Below, in pieces: positions 30,350-39,147 of a DNA stretch of 64,000 nt. The DNA comes from an uncultured Actinomycetes bacterium (GTDB lineage Bacteria; Actinomycetota; Thermoleophilia; RBG-16-64-13): NCBI GenBank assembly GCA_963841735.1, contig CAWJDT010000001.1:1216001-1280000 (forward strand), in the 5' to 3' direction. How positions within the stretch are numbered: position 1 is the first letter of the stretch; every line of letters starts with the position of its first letter. The notes under the pieces are model-generated. The model ran no database searches, was not told the DNA's origin, and worked only from the letters and a program-made list of their open reading frames with translations. The position numbers were made by a program, and so were the translations under genes.

Positions 30350-30862
30350 TGTCATCGCCGGTTGAATACTGTGCACATATCGCCGGTTGAAACCTGAGCA
30401 CCCATAAGGGTTTGCCGGTTTCAATCGAACCTGTCGCTAGAGATCAAGCGGCGGCAGGAGGAAAGGTGTGTACAGAGTGAAGGATTGGGCCGAGGTCAAG
30501 AGACTTCATGAGCGAGAGGGTCTCTCCAAGAAAGCAATCGCCGAGAAGCTGGGCATGAGCAGAAACACGGTGGCGAGGTTGATGTGTCTTTCCGAGCCGC
30601 CAGCCTATGAGCGAGAACCCTCTTCCTCGCTCCTCGATCCCTTCCGGGAGGAGATCCTCGCGCTTCCGGCTGAGGACCCCCGGGCACCGGCCACGGTGAT
30701 CAGGGAGCGACTGCAGGCCGGCGGGTATGCCGGGGGCATCACCATCCTCAAGGACTACCTGACCCAGGTGAGACCGCAGTTCCTGGCCGCAAGGACCTAC
30801 CAGCGGACCACCTATCTTCCGGGCGAGATCGGACAGATCGACTGGTGGCACCTGCCGGAAAC
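30350..30862 (+). mobile_element. IS21-family remnant: left end and truncated istA
   Basis: TGT terminus with repeated ATCGCCGGTTGAA.AC/CCTG motifs; ORF from 30468 with HTH (IAEKLGMSRNTV), LLDPF, GYAGGITILKDY, PGEIGQIDW, then unrelated sequence; no istB. Confidence 0.88.
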
Positions 30863-31021
30863 GGCGCTACTCGAGGGTTCGACTGCCGGGTGCTTCGTCT
30901 CCATCGCCTTCAGCCTCGGCTCCCTAATGCTTGACACGATGAATGGCCTCGGCATGACGTATTCTGATCGAGACTTTGCCGGTCGACCAGACAACAGATG
31001 GAGCGAGGTGGGAACAGCCCC

Positions 31022-31663
31022 GTGAGCGGCTTCTTGGACCTGCGTCCCGCGGAGCCGGACGACGCCGAGTTTCTTGCGTGGGGCCTCGACGAGGCCGCCG
31101 GCGGACTGTTCGCGACGATGCTCGGTCGTCGCAGCGGCGCGATCCTGGCTGCCGTGATGACCCAGGCAGGGCATCAACTATCCTACGAGCACGCCGTGGT
31201 CGCCACGATCGATGGCCAGGTGAACGGGTTCTGCCAGGGCTGGCCCCACGGCACCACACCTGCCGATGCCGAACTCATGCGCGCGGCCGGCCTGAGGGCC
31301 CTGAGGGCGATGGCGATCGAACTCCTCGGCCGGCAGGTCTTCCGCGCGCTTGCTCAGCATTCCCCCGGGGAGTGGTATCTGCAGGCGATCGCGGTACTGC
31401 CGCGGGCTCGCGGGGCGGGTGTGGGCCGCCGCCTCATGTCCGACGCGTTTGCCCGGGCCGCCGCGGCGGGCTGCGATGCCGTTTGCCTGGACGTTGATGC
31501 CGCCAACGCGCGTGCGCAGGCGCTCTATGCGCGGCTGGGGCTTCGAGTGGTGTCGACTTCCCCGGCGGCGACCATGCTTGGCGGTGTGCAGGTTTGCCGG
31601 ATGGCCACGTCCCTTCATCCTCGCGCGGCATACGTCGTGGGCCAGTCGATCACCCCGGAGTAG
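31022..31663 (+). CDS. GNAT family N-acetyltransferase
   Basis: YLQAIAV..RARGAGVG, N.RAQALYARLG. Confidence 0.88.
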   Translation: MSGFLDLRPAEPDDAEFLAWGLDEAAGGLFATMLGRRSGAILAAVMTQAGHQLSYEHAVVATIDGQVNGFCQGWPHGTTPADAELMRAAGLRALRAMAIELLGRQVFRALAQHSPGEWYLQAIAVLPRARGAGVGRRLMSDAFARAAAAGCDAVCLDVDAANARAQALYARLGLRVVSTSPAATMLGGVQVCRMATSLHPRAAYVVGQSITPE

Positions 31664-31746
31664 CTGGCCGGCAACCCGCACCTAAAGTACGCTACCGGCC
31701 CTGACGACACCGGCGTCATCGTCGAGCACTACCTCGCCGGCAAGAG

Positions 31747-32523
31747 CTATTTCAGTTCGAAGTCCTTCTCCACCAAGTTCGGATAGATGTCTTTGAGGGG
31801 GGAGAAGTCTGTGATCGCGGTTTCCGCCAGCATCAGCCTCTTGAGCTTTGTGAGGCCCGCCAGCGGAGTCACGTCTGTGATCTTGTTGGCCGTGAGTTCG
31901 AGGGTCTCGAGATCCGTCAGGCCGGCGAGAACGCTCAGGTCAGTAATCGTCGAGTGCGCCATGTACAGAACCCTGAGATGCGTGAAGATCTCTAGGGTAC
32001 TGTAGTCGGCCGCCTGGCAATTGTGGAGGCACAAGAAGCTTAGCTCCGTAAGCCCCGCAAGGGGAGTGATATCGCCGACGTTGTCACCACCTAGGTTAAG
32101 ACTCTCGAGATGCACTAGTCCGGCAAGGGGGCTGACATCCGTGCTCGCGTGGAACGCGAGTTCCAGGTTCTTTAGATTCACGAAATACTTCAGGGCGCTT
32201 ATGTCCTTGATCTGCATGTCTTCGGGCGACTGCCACGGGATGTTGAGACGCAACTCCGTCAATGTCGCCGCCTCGGCAGGGGTGATATCGCCGGTGGGTT
32301 TGTTGAGGGCCGCGCGGATCCCTTGCTCGAGCACGGGGTCGTTGAAAACCACGACCTCCGCCACGGTGGTGGGTGGTGTCGTGGACGCAGTGGTCGGCGG
32401 TAGGGTAGCGGCTGTTGAGGCCACTGTGCTCTCGGCCGGCTCTCCGGCTACGGAAGAGCCGCAAGCTGCCAGTCCCACCGCCAGGATCGCTAGGACGACA
32501 ACCGACAACAGCATCCGTTTCAT
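31747..32523 (-). CDS. Internalin-like leucine-rich-repeat lipoprotein
   Basis: Lipobox LAAC, Thr/Pro linker, FNDPVLE cap, 22-aa repeats ITDLSPLAGLTxLxxLxL. Confidence 0.9.
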   Translation of the reverse strand: MKRMLLSVVVLAILAVGLAACGSSVAGEPAESTVASTAATLPPTTASTTPPTTVAEVVVFNDPVLEQGIRAALNKPTGDITPAEAATLTELRLNIPWQSPEDMQIKDISALKYFVNLKNLELAFHASTDVSPLAGLVHLESLNLGGDNVGDITPLAGLTELSFLCLHNCQAADYSTLEIFTHLRVLYMAHSTITDLSVLAGLTDLETLELTANKITDVTPLAGLTKLKRLMLAETAITDFSPLKDIYPNLVEKDFELK

Positions 32524-32830
32524 GAATCGACTCCCTTGATTGGTTGAAGCCACCGATGGGTGTATGACCCGCAAGAACGATAACACGCGGAGTGGCGGAA
32601 AGGGGCTCCCAGTAGGGAGGCCGTTCTAGGTATCGGGAGTCACAATCACCTTGCAGAATCGGAGGCGCTATTCCCTATGGAGCGACCGGGCATCGCGCAC
32701 TTGAGCAGGTTCGCGCCGTAGACCACCAGCTGATTGGCCTCTTGCCGCCCCATGCTCTTGGGCCCCGCAGTTTGCAGGGGTCTTGCGCCGTTCTAGGCGA
32801 GCACCAACCGGAAGACAATGTCGGTGGTTG

Positions 32831-32928
32831 TTTCAAGTCGGGTCCCCGCTACCATATGAAAGGCCCGGATTTCCGGGCCTTTTTCTTTTGCCGGGATTGT
32901 CGCCCCAGGCTGCTTTGAACACGCTTGA
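32831..32928 (+). repeat. Direct repeat copy 2 (tRNA 3' fragment + terminator + flank; att-like)
   Basis: TTCAAGTCGGGTCCCCGCTACCATATGAAAGGCCCGG...CACGCTTGA matches 30255-30349. Confidence 0.9.
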
Positions 32929-33067
32929 CCCCTACCCAGATGCAACAGGGTTGTATTCAGTGGATATGGACGGCTCGCACCACTTCGGCTGAGGAGGCCG
33001 GAATCAGGCAAACGAGTCTCCGCTGAAGCCGGGGCGGTTCAATTCGTCTCGCTCAGCGAAGCCGAAA

Positions 33068-34957
33068 CTACTTCACCGCGTAGAGATAGCCGTCGGCACT
33101 GCCGAAGTAGGCCACCCCGTCGGAGACGGCCGGAGAGGACACGATGCTGCTAGGGGTATCGAATCTCCACATCTTCTGTCCGCTCCTGCTGTCCAGCGCA
33201 AAGACAGCGCTGTAGGTGGTGCAGTAGAACATCCCGTCCGAGACGATTGGGGAGGAGGTAGGCCTGAAGGAAGCCGTCCAAGGCGCAGTCCATTTGACAT
33301 TGCCCCCGCTTGCGTCCAGCGCCATGCAGCCCTCGCCACTGCCGCCTAAATAGACGGTCCCGCCTGAGATGGTCGGGGAGTAGGACACAACGTCGCCGCC
33401 CATCTCAATCTTCCACTCCTCCACCCCACTCGTGCCGTCCAATGCGTAGATGTGGCCCTCAACGGAGCCGAAGCACACCGTGCCTTCCGAAGCTGCCGGC
33501 GCCGACACAGCCCAGTCACTCTGGAACGTCCACTTCACCTGCCCGCTCCTGCCGTCCAGCGCATAGATACGCCCGTCTTCGCCCGTGCCGAAGTAGACCA
33601 TTCCGTCGGAGACGACCGGGAGCGACACGTCTCCATTCGTCTCGAACTTCCATATCTGCTTGCCGGTGCTGCTGTCTAGCGCATAGACGTAGGCCGCGTT
33701 GTTGTCGGTATACGCGCAGAAATAGACCACCCCGTCCGAGAAGATCGGTCCCCTTCCGTCCATGTTGTTCTTCTCGAATGTCCACCTCTGCTGCCCGGTC
33801 ATCCTATCCACCGCGTATAAGAGGCCGTCATTGCAGTCGAAGTAGACCGCATCCTCGGAGACGGCCGGGGGGGACCGCCGCGGAGACCAAGTATCATCCA
33901 CGGTTGGGAAGAATCTCCATTTCTCCTCCCCGCTGGTGCTGCGGAGTGCGCATAGGTATTGGTTACCGCTACAGAAGTAGACCATGCCGTCCAAGACGGC
34001 CGGGGACGACCAATCTTGTCCCGCCTGCGTCTGGAACTTCCAGAGAAGCTCGGGCACAGGGGTGGTCGAGGCCGCGGTGGTCGTGGTCCCGGGAGCGTCC
34101 GTGGTGTAAGCCGCGACGCTGGTGGAGGTGAGATTGTCGGTGGTGCCGTCCTTCTCGCCCCCGGTCAGCACGGTGAACAGTACTATGCCCGCCACTACGG
34201 CGACTGCCACGGCACCCAAGGCAGAAAGCACCCAGGGACGACGGTACCAGGGCCTGGCGGTCGGCACCGCGTGCTCAAGCCGGGCTGCCTTGGCAGCGGC
34301 GTCGACTGCTGCCTTCGCGTCGGCTCCTGTCTTGGCCGCAGCTTTTGTCGGAGCCTCTTCTGTTGCCCCGGCCGCGGCTGCACCTACAGCCTCTGCCTTC
34401 GCCCGTGCCTTCGCCGCAGCTTCCGCTTCCGCTTCAGCCCGGGCCTCCGCCCGGGCCTTATCCAATGCCGCCGCCCTGGCCTCCGCGTCCGCCTCGGCCC
34501 TCGCTTCCGCCTCCGCCTTGGCCTTTTCCTGCGCCGCGAGGGCGGCTCTTCCAGTCCGGTCCAACAGACGCTGCACTGTATTAGCCAGATGTTCGAGGTG
34601 TTTCTCCAGAGGCGGAGTGAGCGCATCCAACCAGTGGGTGCTGCTTATGTAGTACTCCATGGCTTCGGAGGGAGGCACGTCCTCTATGCGGAAGGGCAGT
34701 ATGGGCATGTCCCGGGTCGCCGCCCTTTCGATCTCCCTCATCACGTGCCCGGACCTGTTCGACTTGGAGGAGAAGACGAGGACCATCACGTCGGCACCAT
34801 GGATGGCCCGGATGAGCTGCTGCGCGTAGTTCTGGCCGGGTAGGACATCGCGAGGGGCGACCCAACAGCGGATGTGGCTTGCTTCCAGAGCGGCGCACAC
34901 CGCGTCCGCGGTGGCCTTGTCTTCGGTCGAATAGCTTATGAAGACGTCGTGCGCCAT
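33068..34957 (-). CDS. TIR domain - helical linker - TM - PQQ-like beta-propeller protein
   Basis: MAHDVFISYS, CWVAPRD, VMREIERA; Ala/Glu-rich linker; TM; about 8 repeats of SSPAVSDG.VYFG..DG..YALD..SG..KW. Confidence 0.9.
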   Translation of the reverse strand: MAHDVFISYSTEDKATADAVCAALEASHIRCWVAPRDVLPGQNYAQQLIRAIHGADVMVLVFSSKSNRSGHVMREIERAATRDMPILPFRIEDVPPSEAMEYYISSTHWLDALTPPLEKHLEHLANTVQRLLDRTGRAALAAQEKAKAEAEARAEADAEARAAALDKARAEARAEAEAEAAAKARAKAEAVGAAAAGATEEAPTKAAAKTGADAKAAVDAAAKAARLEHAVPTARPWYRRPWVLSALGAVAVAVVAGIVLFTVLTGGEKDGTTDNLTSTSVAAYTTDAPGTTTTAASTTPVPELLWKFQTQAGQDWSSPAVLDGMVYFCSGNQYLCALRSTSGEEKWRFFPTVDDTWSPRRSPPAVSEDAVYFDCNDGLLYAVDRMTGQQRWTFEKNNMDGRGPIFSDGVVYFCAYTDNNAAYVYALDSSTGKQIWKFETNGDVSLPVVSDGMVYFGTGEDGRIYALDGRSGQVKWTFQSDWAVSAPAASEGTVCFGSVEGHIYALDGTSGVEEWKIEMGGDVVSYSPTISGGTVYLGGSGEGCMALDASGGNVKWTAPWTASFRPTSSPIVSDGMFYCTTYSAVFALDSRSGQKMWRFDTPSSIVSSPAVSDGVAYFGSADGYLYAVK

Positions 34958-34998
34958 CGCTATGCCCCTGACGCTGAACGGCCGTGGTGAATAGAGGG

Positions 34999-35007
34999 AC
35001 TATAACA
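34999..35007 (-). promoter_or_regulatory. Extended -10 promoter for the TIR gene
   Basis: TGtTATAGT about 40 nt upstream of the ATG. Confidence 0.5.
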
Positions 35008-35051
35008 CCGCGCGATACGGACCAGACAGCACACTGTGCCCTGGTGCGAAC

Positions 35052-35525
35052 CTACGAGCGATCGACACCCAGCCCCGCGCGGGCAAGAAGCTGCGGGAGG
35101 CGGACGACCCGCTCGCGGTCCTTTTCTCGCTCGGACTCGGAGAGTTCCTCATACGGGATCATGCTGGGATGGGTCTTGCCGGCGCTATCTCTAACCGGAC
35201 CCCGGCGCCATCCACTTGCTCCTCGCATTCGCATCCACCGCTGGTGCTCTTCCTTGGCGAGCAGCTCCAGTTCGGGGGGGTCGATTTCGAGGGGTTCGCC
35301 GCCATCTCGGATCGGAACGATGATCGCTCCTATCTTGCCCAGCATTTCGGCAATGTCGTTCGCCCGGCGGCGGACGGACATCTTTTTCGTTCGCGAGAGT
35401 GCGTTCCACGCCTGCGCCTCTGGCGGGTTTCCGCCACCTTCCGGGGAGTTGCTCCCCCACAGAGGGTCTTCGTGGATCACACGGGCCAGGGTCTCCCGGA
35501 CTTTGGGGTCAAGGGGAGACGCCAT
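35052..35525 (-). CDS. RyR (ryanodine receptor repeat) domain protein
   Basis: LAKEEHQRW...GWRRGP.RD...KTHPSMIPYEELSESEREKD. Confidence 0.88.
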   Translation of the reverse strand: MASPLDPKVRETLARVIHEDPLWGSNSPEGGGNPPEAQAWNALSRTKKMSVRRRANDIAEMLGKIGAIIVPIRDGGEPLEIDPPELELLAKEEHQRWMRMRGASGWRRGPVRDSAGKTHPSMIPYEELSESEREKDRERVVRLPQLLARAGLGVDRS

Positions 35526-36010
35526 CAGGCACCCTCACCCCCAGGTGGGGACGATGATTCACCCTGCAAGTTCTTCCAGGTCACGTTCTCAGACCCCATG
35601 AGCGACTCGCATCTCTGGACCAAGACAGCCGCGGGGTCCGTGATGCCGGCGTACGGGCCGCTGCTGAAGCGAAAGAGCTGAGCTTCCCGCTCAAGCGATT
35701 CGCAAGTCATGCGATGCAGCGACCACTCCTCCTTGTGCCGAAAGGCCGCGAGTAAAAGCGTAGCGATGGCTCCTATCACGGCCACGGCGATGGGAAGGAT
35801 CTCGACTAGAAGCTGGACCACGTCGTCGCGGGGCGGTGGTGAATAGATCATCTCAACGGCCAGCAGCAGGGGCGTCAGTGAGGTTGCCGCCACCGACAGG
35901 ATCACGAGTCTACGGTAGGAACGCTTGCTGGCCGCCGCTTTGCGGTTGTGGTAGTCGATCTGGCCGGCAAGACGGTTCTGGAGGTACTCTTCGGCGCCTG
36001 GTGTGTTCAC
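35525..36010 (-). CDS. SLATT/DUF4231 two-TM protein
   Basis: YLQNRLAGQIDYH.RKA, two TMs, W..HRMTCESLERE, GPY, LVQRCE...ENVTW. Confidence 0.88.
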   Translation of the reverse strand: MNTPGAEEYLQNRLAGQIDYHNRKAAASKRSYRRLVILSVAATSLTPLLLAVEMIYSPPPRDDVVQLLVEILPIAVAVIGAIATLLLAAFRHKEEWSLHRMTCESLEREAQLFRFSSGPYAGITDPAAVLVQRCESLMGSENVTWKNLQGESSSPPGGEGA

Positions 36011-36111
36011 GGTGTCGGGTCCTCCATCAGGTTATGAGCTTCCCAGTGTGCCCAGCTGACTTCGCCACTCGCGCTCTCGATGGCATCGATCAAGAAGATA
36101 TCGTACGCCAT
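36007..36111 (-). pseudogene. 34-aa micro-ORF, probably an internally deleted TIR-type gene
   Basis: GGAGG SD; MAYDIFLIDAIESASGEVSWAHWEAHNLMEDPTP*; GTGA overlap with the SLATT start. Confidence 0.5.
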
Positions 36112-36432
36112 CGATCCGTCCTCCGCTGTCCGTCTGACGATCAAATGCGCTTTGAGTCTAGCATCGGCCGTCTTGGGCTGTTGCCGGGGATGCGAAGCTG
36201 GAACACAGCTTGTCCACGACGTAGTATGGCTTTGGCACTCCTACATTGATGCCCACCGGCGGTGTGGCCCTCGATTCTCAGGGGGCCTGGTTCTGCCGCA
36301 TCACAATCCTTCGCGGTGGAATTCGGCATAAGCTCCAGGCCGGCCCGCCGGCCGTAGAGTGCTATCCGCTGCGGCAGGGAGCAAAGCCGAGCACGTAGTC
36401 GCCAAAGAGACTTCTTTAACATAGGGGCAAGC

Positions 36433-37773
36433 ATGTCAAACGAGACCAGTGTGAAATCAGCGAGGATGTTCTACGGGTACTGGATAGTAGCCGTGAGCAT
36501 GATCACCATCCTGCTGACGTTTGGTGTTCGAACCAGCATCGGCAACTTCGTCGTTCCTTGGCAGAACGCAGTCGAACAGGGTGGCTTCCTTTGGAGCAAG
36601 ACGCTCATATCGGGGGCCATTACCCTGTCCATCCTGATTCAGGGCATCTTCGGTATCGTCATAGGCCGTTATGTCGACAAGATCGGCGCTCGCTGGGTAA
36701 TGACGATCTGTAGCGTGTTTTTGGGAGTCGGAATCCTGCTCATGTATTGGATGAGTTCGGTCTGGGAGTACTACCTTCTCTACGGCATCGTTGTGGGTAT
36801 CGGCGCCAGCGGGGCTTTTGTGGCCACAACGGCCACCGTGTCTCGGTGGTTCCACCGTAAACGGGGGGCCATGACCGGTATCGCGCTGCTTGGCATTGGA
36901 CTGGGCGGCGTCATATTCAACCCGGTCACCGCACGGCTGAACAGCGCCTACGGGTGGAGAACCTGCCTGCTCATCCTCGGCATCGTCGTGCTTGTCGTGG
37001 GCGTTGCGGTGGCACAGTTGTTCCGCAGAGATCCACACGATATGGGCCTGAGCCCGGACGGCGGTGCCAAGGGAGAGGGAATGCCCTTCATGACCTGGGG
37101 GCTTACGGTCAAGCAGGCAATCGCCACCTGGCAGTTCTGGGTGCTGGGGCTTTCCTTCTTCTGCGCCGGCTTCTGTCTGTTCGTGGTCGCGACCCACCTG
37201 ATCCCGCAGATCATCCAGATCGGCTTTGCAGTCGATCAGCCGACGGGTGATAAGTACGTAACCACTTCGGCCAACGTGATGGCCGTGTTTGTGGCGGCCC
37301 AGATCGTGGGCTCGGTGTTGCTCGGTGCTCTTATCGACAGGATCGGCAACAAGTCCGTCCAGGCCATCAGTTTCGTTCTTTTGGCCGCATCGCTCTTCTG
37401 GCTTGCCTGCATTCACGCGCTGGGAGGCTTCTGGGGCTCCATGGCCGTCGCCGGGTTCGCGATCGGCGGCACCTCGGCCACTCAGTCGGCGAAGGCTGTC
37501 GAACTCTTCGGTGTCAGGATGGTGGGCATGCTCATGGGTCTGCTCACTGTGATGACCAGCATCGGCGGCGCGGTGGGCCCGGTGGTTACGGCGGCCATGC
37601 AGGATGCGGGCAGGTCCACCAACAGCTACGGCCGGGCGGTCTATCCCTACTCAGGAACGTGGCTCTTGACCGCCATAGTGGCCGTCGTGGGACTTCTGGC
37701 GGTACTGGCGCTCAGGCCGGTGAAGAACCGGGAAGCGTCTGCCGTATCATCGAGGCCAAGATGGGCGCCCTAA
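36433..37773 (+). CDS. MFS transporter (OFA/MCT-like)
   Basis: FYGYWIV, GRYVDKIGAR, SRWFHRKRG; about 12 TMs. Confidence 0.92.
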   Translation: MSNETSVKSARMFYGYWIVAVSMITILLTFGVRTSIGNFVVPWQNAVEQGGFLWSKTLISGAITLSILIQGIFGIVIGRYVDKIGARWVMTICSVFLGVGILLMYWMSSVWEYYLLYGIVVGIGASGAFVATTATVSRWFHRKRGAMTGIALLGIGLGGVIFNPVTARLNSAYGWRTCLLILGIVVLVVGVAVAQLFRRDPHDMGLSPDGGAKGEGMPFMTWGLTVKQAIATWQFWVLGLSFFCAGFCLFVVATHLIPQIIQIGFAVDQPTGDKYVTTSANVMAVFVAAQIVGSVLLGALIDRIGNKSVQAISFVLLAASLFWLACIHALGGFWGSMAVAGFAIGGTSATQSAKAVELFGVRMVGMLMGLLTVMTSIGGAVGPVVTAAMQDAGRSTNSYGRAVYPYSGTWLLTAIVAVVGLLAVLALRPVKNREASAVSSRPRWAP

Positions 37774-38231
37774 CTGGCAGAAGTTCGTGGATCCGTCTCG
37801 CGGTCGTGGCCGTCTGGGCGATCGCATTCGCCTTGGTGGAGGCGATGGTCGTCTACTACCTGCGGAAGTTGTTTGCGCTCCAGTACGGCCTACGCTTCGC
37901 ACCGGCCGACTTCCATTTCCCACCCGACTATCTGCCCTACGAACAGGCGCGCGAGGCGGCGACCATGGTCATGCTGCTGGCGGTCGGCTACGTCGTCGGC
38001 CGCACTTGGTGGCAGCGGTCAGCCTACTGGCTTTTCGCCTTCGGCGTGTGGGACATCTTCTACTACGCGTGGCTGTACGTGCTGCTGCGCTGGCCGTCGT
38101 CATTGGGCACGCGCGACCTTCTCTTCCTAATGCCTGGCGAGTGGTGGGCACCCGTGTGGGAGCCCGTGCTGGTCTCATGCGCATTCATCGCCGGTGCCAT
38201 CCTGATTCTGGCGCGGTCGCGGAAGACCTAG
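37761..38231 (+). CDS. Conserved hypothetical membrane protein
   Basis: EAMVVYYLR, EQAREAAT, FGVWDIFYY, DLLFL.P..W.APV. Confidence 0.75.
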   Translation: MGALTGRSSWIRLAVVAVWAIAFALVEAMVVYYLRKLFALQYGLRFAPADFHFPPDYLPYEQAREAATMVMLLAVGYVVGRTWWQRSAYWLFAFGVWDIFYYAWLYVLLRWPSSLGTRDLLFLMPGEWWAPVWEPVLVSCAFIAGAILILARSRKT

Positions 38232-38639
38232 CACTCTCGCACCCGGGATGGTCACAGAACCATCGAGGACAACCGAGCTGCGGCACCGAGCTCTGCGTTC
38301 GCTGTGCCCCCAAGCCGCCCACAAAAGTCTTCTGTAGGCCGGGCACATGGTTGAAAGTGTCAGTCCGCCAGGTGGGTCAGACGCAGCTCCCGGGCGCGCT
38401 TCTCCCGTACGCCCTGTAAGCAATCGGCTGGGGCCCCTTAATCAAGGCCGAGGCCACTCACCAGGGCAGTGTTTTGGCAGCGGCTGTTCCGGATACTTTT
38501 ACCACATCTACAATGAGGAGGAGAAACGATGAGCTTGGATCATCACCCTCCTCATAGACCGCCTTCGAAGAAGGTAGCGACCCCGGTCTCGGTTGCCGTC
38601 TCCTTCGGGGATCTCAAGAGCATCAAGAAAGGGGCAGAC

Positions 38640-39005
38640 ATGAAGGTGCTCGTTGGCGGAGTGATTGCGGTCGCCGCGATCGCGTATGTGATCAAGAAGC
38701 TGCTCAACCGCAGGTGCGAACCGGCAGTGTCTGACCTTGGCGACGGCCTCGATGCTCCCAGTCGCAAGCTTGCGCGGGGATGGAACGTGCGAGGGCGACG
38801 TTCTTTCACGCGCGACGATATCGAGAAGCTCAGGCGACTGATCCGGCGGAAGGAGACCGCGGATCGCCCCGCGCAGAAGATCTTGCGCAGCAAGATGCGC
38901 CAGATGGGCTTCTACATCACCGACTTCGAGCGCGATCACTCTGGATTCACCACTTCGGACCTCGATCACCTCGTCAGCTCGGGATCCATCGAGATCCAGG
39001 AGTAG
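38640..39005 (+). CDS. Small membrane-anchored basic hypothetical protein
   Basis: AAAGGGG SD, N-terminal TM, helical basic domain. Confidence 0.55.
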   Translation: MKVLVGGVIAVAAIAYVIKKLLNRRCEPAVSDLGDGLDAPSRKLARGWNVRGRRSFTRDDIEKLRRLIRRKETADRPAQKILRSKMRQMGFYITDFERDHSGFTTSDLDHLVSSGSIEIQE

Positions 39006-39147
39006 CGTTTCTTCGTCTACAGAAGCCAAAGTCCCGGCAACCGTTAGTTCGCAGCCCCCGGCGAGGCCCCGCCCAAGCTCAGCGCATGACCACAGTCTGT
39101 CGATAGTCCCCCGTATGGACGCAACTTTGCCGATGCAGACGTAGATA

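Noticed and set aside
32793-32854. Second tRNA gene
   Set aside because: Only the 3' end matches; no D arm or anticodon arm
34300-34545. Repetitive DNA as an array
   Set aside because: Encodes the Ala/Glu/Lys linker of the TIR protein; no repeat-spacer structure
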